From assembly GCA_951406725.2 (NCBI GenBank), contig OX597816.1:130572001-130636000 (forward strand): DNA of 64,000 bases, written 5' to 3'. A program made the translations under genes and the position numbers. The notes beneath the pieces are model-generated. The model was not told where the DNA came from and ran no database searches. It saw only the letters and a list, made by a program, of their open reading frames with translations. Shown here in pieces: positions 57,828 to 64,000 of the stretch; the first letter of the stretch is position 1; each line of letters opens with the position of its first letter. The stretch is from Octopus vulgaris (taxonomy: Eukaryota).

Positions 57828-58795
57828 TATTTATATATGCGTTTCTCAAAGTCTGTGTGCAGATTTGTGTTTATTTATATCTGCGTTGTCGTGTTTCTGC
57901 GTTTCCTGTGTCGTTATGTTAATATTTATGTGCGAGAGATAGGTAGATAGAGATAGATAGATAAAGAGAAAGAGATAGAGATAAATAGGTAGATAGATAG
58001 AGATAGAGATAGAGAGAGAGAGAGGGGGGAGAGAGAAAGAGAGAAAGAACGATCATTGGTGGTTTGCAATGACACATGAATAAAATAACATATTGTTACA
58101 CTTTAACATTTTCTAGATTCATTCATTTGGCGTCAGAGACTATTCTGATTAGGAAGGCACACGTCACAGCAAAACACGCCGCGCCATACAATCACCGCTC
58201 AGCCTCATAACTACGCCATCAACACTGTTGCGTGCAAACGAAATTGAAAGGTTATTTAAACAGTTGGTTCCAATACTTGAGGAATTCAACTTCTCCGCCA
58301 GACGAAAAGTCACTCAATGAACTCTCTCTCTCTCTCTCTCGTTCTCTCTTTCACCCCCTTATTTTTTGTGTTTGTTTCTCTCTGTCTTCCTCGCTCTCGT
58401 TTTTCTTCTTTGATTGTTTAGTTTGTTTTTCTCTCCTTCTCATTCCCTTGTGTTTCTTTCACTCACTTTTCCTCTAAACACCACTGACTAATTTTCTCAT
58501 TTAATTTCTTGTCGTCTATCGCTACACTCACACACACTCGCGCGCGCACGTGCACACAAACTCGTTCGCACAAATACACATACGTGCGTATACGCATACA
58601 TACATACCCATCTACACGTACACAGACATGCGCGCGTACATCAGCACGTGCGCATTCACTCATACTTACATATACACACACGTAAATATATGCTTATAGC
58701 TAATCGAACATTTCAGCCGTAATCAATAAAAACATAATGCCTTACTTCATTATAAGCCGGTATTAATTTCTTTATACATGTTTGTAGTTTTCTAT

Positions 58796-58877
<82 letters not shown>

Positions 58878-59209
58878 TTATCTATCTATCCTGTGTATGT
58901 ATGTATGTATGTATGTATGTATGTATGTATTTACAATAGCCTTCAATTGACGAAAGCCTTGCAATTAAAATGGGTGAACAGAAACTGCAGTCTTGTCATA
59001 TGTTATGAGACACTAATTCGGCTTGCGTTAAAGAAGTATGTGCTAGTGGCCTGTGGAATACGCAGCCGTTTATACATTCATTTAACGAATCAGTTGATCG
59101 AAAAATTGAATGTTTATTATCAAAACTAAAAGGGAAAGTACCCATCACGTACCAGTGAACTTGTATATATTCTTTTACTCTTTTGTATATATATAGAAAT
59201 AATTTACAT

Positions 59210-59434
59210 ATAGAAATAAGAGTCAAAACAACTTAATGATTGCTAAGTGAGGCAAGCTCCCTACGACAACAGACATAACCAGATAATCGATGATTTCGTG
59301 GTGAGAGTCACCGATCAAAATGCGAAATCATCGATGATCTGGCTATTATCTGTTGCCGAAGGAAGCTTACCACCCATGTCAGCCATTAAGATAGTGGTTC
59401 TTTGGCTATTGAGTTGTGTGGACTCTTATTTCTA
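59210..59434. repeat. Imperfect inverted repeat whose inner ends are a hammerhead 3' half
   Basis: Left arm 59210-59298 vs right arm 59323-59434. The right arm begins cGAAAtcatcgatgaTCtgg, the same stem III as the 59534 motif. Confidence 0.75.
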
Positions 59435-59452
59435 GCAATAATGGTGCTGATT

Positions 59453-59555
59453 AGCTTGCACTGATGAGTAAAGAGTGCACTGATGAGTAAAAAGTGCACT
59501 GATGAGTATAGAGTGCACTACTACACTGATTATGAAATCACGATGATCTGCAGCT
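59453..59555 (+). ncRNA. Type-I hammerhead motif with triplicated 5' half
   Basis: agcttgca CTGATGA gta ... tat GAAA tca cga tga TC tgcagct. A 19-nt unit tgcactgatgagtaaagag is repeated 3x (CTGATGA at 59461, 59480, 59499). AUC triplet; stem I tgca/tgca. Confidence 0.65.
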
Positions 59556-59794
59556 AAATTCTGTTTTTAAATTACTTGCTTCGAGAGTTGCATTCGGTAC
59601 GATGTGTTTATTTATTTTAGTAGTTTTGACTTTAAGAGTCCCTCCTAGCGTGCGGCATTTATGTGTAGTAATGCCCTCTATATAATATAGATAAATATAT
59701 TTAAGTGAAAAAATTGGTGGATTTTTTTTCTCTTATGAGGTTTCTCACGCTGACTACTTGATAAATTCTTATAAAGATTTTATCCTATTTTTAA

Positions 59795-59872
<78 letters not shown>

Positions 59873-60504
59873 AGTACATCTTTCTGTAGCGAATCCTAAT
59901 TTATTTCCCACTTTCTGAAATACTTCCAACCAGTTACATGTGGCAGATATATTTTGGGATAAATGATCGTATTGGTTTGGACCAAACCGTATTGTTGGGT
60001 ATAGCGACACCCAAAATCTCAACTTCCTGTATCATTGCCTGGCTGCAATTCTGAAAAGACAATTCAAATTTTGATATAACACACTTGATTTGTATTTTGT
60101 TGAATCTTATATTGATATACTGTAGTCTTCAGTGGATTTCATTCTGATAGAATCCGGAAACTGTGCAGCAGAACATAGACATTATTATCCTATCACAGGC
60201 GTTCAAAAATTAGGATCGTCTGTGCAAACAAGAAAAGAAAGTAAAACACAAACAAACAAAAGAAAAAAAAGCACTATAAAGTAGACCGTATATTGAGGCT
60301 CCTAGGATTGACATATTGATAAATGAGAGATCAGAAGACTGGTCTGAAAGGGTGACTTTGATGGATCTCGCCAGGAAACAACTTTGTAGCCGCCTGTGGA
60401 GCTTACGGCATAACACTTTGGAATAATTTTAGTTCACACACACACACAGACACACACACACACACACACACACATCTATTATATACATACACTCACAAGT
60501 GTCT

Positions 60505-60640
60505 TGCGACTGGTATAGGAAAATAGTTACTGAAAAATTAATGGTATTGCAATTAGCCACCCAGCTCAATAAAAGTTTTAGCATATAGTTGGCATACTAC
60601 TGAAGAAGCCGAACGAAGCAAAAATGCATCACTAGCGTCC
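60505..60640 (+). mobile_element. Possible PLE 3' end with decayed hammerhead
   Basis: DWYRKIVTEKLMVLQLATQLNKSFSI* resembles the PLE GIY-YIG C-terminus (RxxxExxxIxxxxPxLN). It is followed by CTGAAGAagc...gcaaaaatgcatc. Confidence 0.4.
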
Positions 60641-62214
60641 TCACCACCGCTGCTGGACGATTTTCGTTTGCTACTGATATATATATATATATTAAATACA
60701 GTACGTCCATAAGAGGTATCATCTCCAGATGAATATCGCAGTTAGTTTACCTTCTCGCGATGCATCATCATTAAGTATGATACCCAGATGGCTGTTTTAA
60801 CTTAATATTGCTTTAGTTGCACATAACAGATTTTTATTAATAGAATTCACAGTAACTTTGTTTAAAACAAAAAGTGATGTTTATTTTTGTCTCTGCCTGT
60901 GATTAATTAATTAGTTTAACTTGGAATTCGGTGAATTGTGGAGGAGGCCAGAATGAACTTCTATAGGTTGGAAATTCGAGTGTGGTCACAAAGACATACA
61001 TATAATCTCCATGCTGGTTGTTTAAGAAGCTTGTATCATTTTATAGTACTTTTATATGCATGTGAAACCCGGACAATGTGAGACTGCCGGAAATTTTCAC
61101 TAGAATTTTCCGAGTTATTTATTAACATCACAGAAGAGTATGGTTCTACAAAATTACTTAAAAGGTCCAAGAGTCTGAGAATCAGGGCACGTTTTATAAA
61201 AAGCAAATTGGTACGAATTGGTCTTGTGTCAACTCTAAATGATTACTAACCTCCCCAAACAAGCTTTCCTCAACACAAACGTACGATGAGATTTGAAGGT
61301 TACTAGAAGCCTGATCTAAAAGACACAGGAAATAAAATTAAGAAATGGAAAAAATTTGCTGCAAATCTTGCGACACGGAAATAGCATATTTTGATGGTTG
61401 AAAAACGATTTGGAGATGAAAGTATACAGCGTATAAAATTGCTTCATGTAGCTCGCAAGAGGGATAACAAAATTCACACCAAGGTGAGGAACAAAGAATT
61501 AACATGCACCCTCTGCTGTTGCCTCCTGCTCTCTTGGGCTAGGTTTTTTTGTGCCTGCCTTGTAATCAAGTTTGTTGGTTCAATTCAAATCTAATAAGGC
61601 ACATATACATGTAACATATCACTGGTAATCTAGAAATACTTATGAGCATATAAGACCTTCAATAGAGCTTACAGGTCACTACCAAGCCTTAAACTCCACA
61701 TAACATATTTACATATTTAATAAAAGCACATATTTAATAAAAGGTATTAAATTGAATTGACCTCTGGGTAAGGTAGAAGTATTAAAGTGGAAAGGTCTAC
61801 ATGCGTGCACAGGTATTCACACTCATGTGCACGCAACAGATGCTGAAATCCCCGAATATATATGGAATACTTTACGATGTAAATGTACTCTCATACTCTC
61901 TTAGGCACAGTAAAAAAAATTATTGAGTCACAAGGCAGGGAGAATGTACGCAGACGTAATGCACCCACATTCACGTATATACAAACAACCAAATACACAA
62001 ATATGCGCAGACACAAACACACATATACATGTGCAACTGCTTATATTCCGCCCCCTCAACACCTGAGCATGTCGAGTGTGCGCCTGTGTATATCCCTTAG
62101 GTATTCATACGCATATAGTCTCGCTTAAACGAGCGTTCGTCTTGAGAGCGTCTGTATTGTACAACGGATTCACTCTTAAGTGGAATTGAGAGAGCCTACG
62201 TGGGTACTAGTTTG

Positions 62215-62633
62215 TTATTTTTTTTATTGCCCTCATGGGGCTAAACATAGAGGAGACAAACAAGGACAGACAAAGGGATTAAGTTGATTATATCGACCCC
62301 AGTGCGTAACTGGTACTTAATTTATCGACCCCGAAAGGATGAAAGGCAAAGTCGACCTCGGTGGAATTTGAACTCAGAACGTAGCGGCAGATGAAATACC
62401 TATTTCTTTACTACCCACAAGGGGTTAAACACAGAGGGAACAAACAAGGACAGACACACAGATTAAGTCGATTACATCAACCCCAGTGCGTAACTGGTAC
62501 TTAATTTATCGACCCCAAAAGGATGAAACGCAATGTCGACCTCGGCGGAAGTTGAACTCAGAACGTAGCGGCAGACGAAATACGGCTACGCATTTCGCCC
62601 GGCGTGCTAACGTTTCAGCTAGCTTGCCGCCTT
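62215..62633 (-). mobile_element. Dimeric SINE A with target-site duplication
   Basis: Two fused units with the same junction as 17088/17528; flanked by gtgggtactagtttg on both sides. Confidence 0.88.
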
Positions 62634-63222
62634 ATGTGGGTACTAGTTTGTATAAGTATATGCAATCGCGTATGACACCATATGCTTGAATGTTTAAAAG
62701 CAAGTCAATGCATGTAGTCTTAGAGCAGTAGAGCAAGATGTATCCCTCTAGGTTAGTGAAAAAGACAAATATTCCTAAATCTCAACGGCTGTGGGTTTAG
62801 TTTAAAATAATTCCTGTTTTGAATCTATGAAAGCTGGCTTACAAGGCGAATAAAATAGAATATTGACTTTCGTCAGTTTTGAAAATACAGGAAGAGTGAA
62901 GAGTTTTGCTCAATAAGCTCTGTTAGAGTGGTGTAGAGCAAACATACCGCTATGTCGGTAACTAATAAACAGAGAAGCCACTGAAGACAGAGTAATTATA
63001 ACACGCGCGCGCTCACGTGCACGTACGCACGCACACGCACGCTCGCGCGCGCACACACACACATGCTTACACAAGCACAATCGCACACACTCTTACAGAC
63101 CTGATATTAAGTTATTAGTCAGTTGTGGTGGTGATTTCATTAATAAATCACTTGCTTTAAACGTTACGGACAAGTGATATATATAATTTTAGCCATTTCT
63201 CCGTAGACTGAAAAAATGACGA

Positions 63223-63271
63223 ACAACATTAATCGATTTTCGAACCTTATTGGGTTCTCATCAGAGGTGTC
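63223..63271 (-). ncRNA. Minimal hammerhead motif, stem I partly decayed
   Basis: Minus strand: gacacct CTGATGA gaacc caata a ggttc GAAA atcgat TA atgttgt. Stem II gaacc/ggttc, palindromic stem III, UUA triplet. Confidence 0.65.
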
Positions 63272-63335
63272 TGACAGTCTCCAGAGAAACAAGCAGCCAA
63301 ACTGTTTATATACTAAAAAAATGCAGCAATATATA

Positions 63336-63409
<74 letters not shown>

Positions 63410-63494
63410 CGAACGTTGTGATGTCTTAGAAAGTTAAAGAAGTGATTTTAAATTCTCAAACGCAGGATAACGCTAATAATATAGCCTGAACAGG

Positions 63495-63691
63495 ATAAGC
63501 TAGCCCTATTGTGCAGGAAAAAAGTGTTAGCGGCCGGTTATGAGACTCGAACTCACACCTCCGTGATTACGCGTCGCGGTGCGGTTTAGCTTAATTGGTT
63601 CAGAGCACCGCAACGCGTAATCACGGAGGTGTGAGTTCGAGTCTCATACCCGACCGCCAACACATTTTTTTGTAAAATAGGGGTAGCTTAT
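63495..63691. repeat. tRNA-Thr(CGT)-derived palindrome
   Basis: Arms 63495-63582 and 63605-63691 are reverse complements. The + strand 63580-63659 has A-box tagcttaattgg, anticodon loop cgcgtaa, T-arm gtgag-ttcgagt-ctcat, then a T7 run. Confidence 0.8.
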
Positions 63692-64000
63692 ATATTTATA
63701 TATATAAAACTCCCTTGCATACTCTACAGAGAAGAGGAAGTGCCAGCAGTATTACCCCCAAATCGGTGTCGAATTAAAAAAACCCATTATATCAATAAAC
63801 AGGATATTGGGGTTTAGTTATATATTACACACACACATAAAAAATATCGTCACCCAAACCTTATAATTGATAGGTAGCAGTGGATTTACAACGATAATAT
63901 CAATAAATCGCTTACTCTCGCAGTTTCTCAAAATCACTTGAGTAGGAAAAGATTCTAAAAGCAGGGTGTACTCTGCCTCTGTGTCAGGAGACAAATATTT

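Noticed and set aside
63580-63659. Functional tRNA-Thr gene
   Set aside because: Acceptor and anticodon stems are mismatched, there is no U33, and it sits in a palindrome; treated as a tRNA-derived repeat.

Overview
AT-rich, microsatellite- and SINE-saturated animal genomic DNA. The repeat landscape suggests an octopus/coleoid cephalopod (inference, not verified). The only host coding sequence I can support is the terminal exon of a Wnt7-like gene on the minus strand (36010-36492). Everything above it is probably one large intron; I found no further Wnt exon. The rest is transposon debris: four tRNA-derived SINE families, two mariner derivatives and a mariner MITE, a Chapaev3-like transposase, HERO-like and RTE-like LINE ends, a decayed Penelope-like (PLE) reverse transcriptase and two Helitron-like 3' ends. 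Main findings: (1) several minimal type-I hammerhead ribozyme motifs, often inside long palindromes; (2) a perfect 39-nt inverted copy of the Wnt7 splice-acceptor/exon junction about 7.7 kb downstream, a candidate RNA-editing or splice-masking partner; (3) SINE chains apparently built by repeated insertion into one target site; (4) a tRNA-Thr-derived palindrome. Alignments were done by eye and repeat boundaries are approximate.
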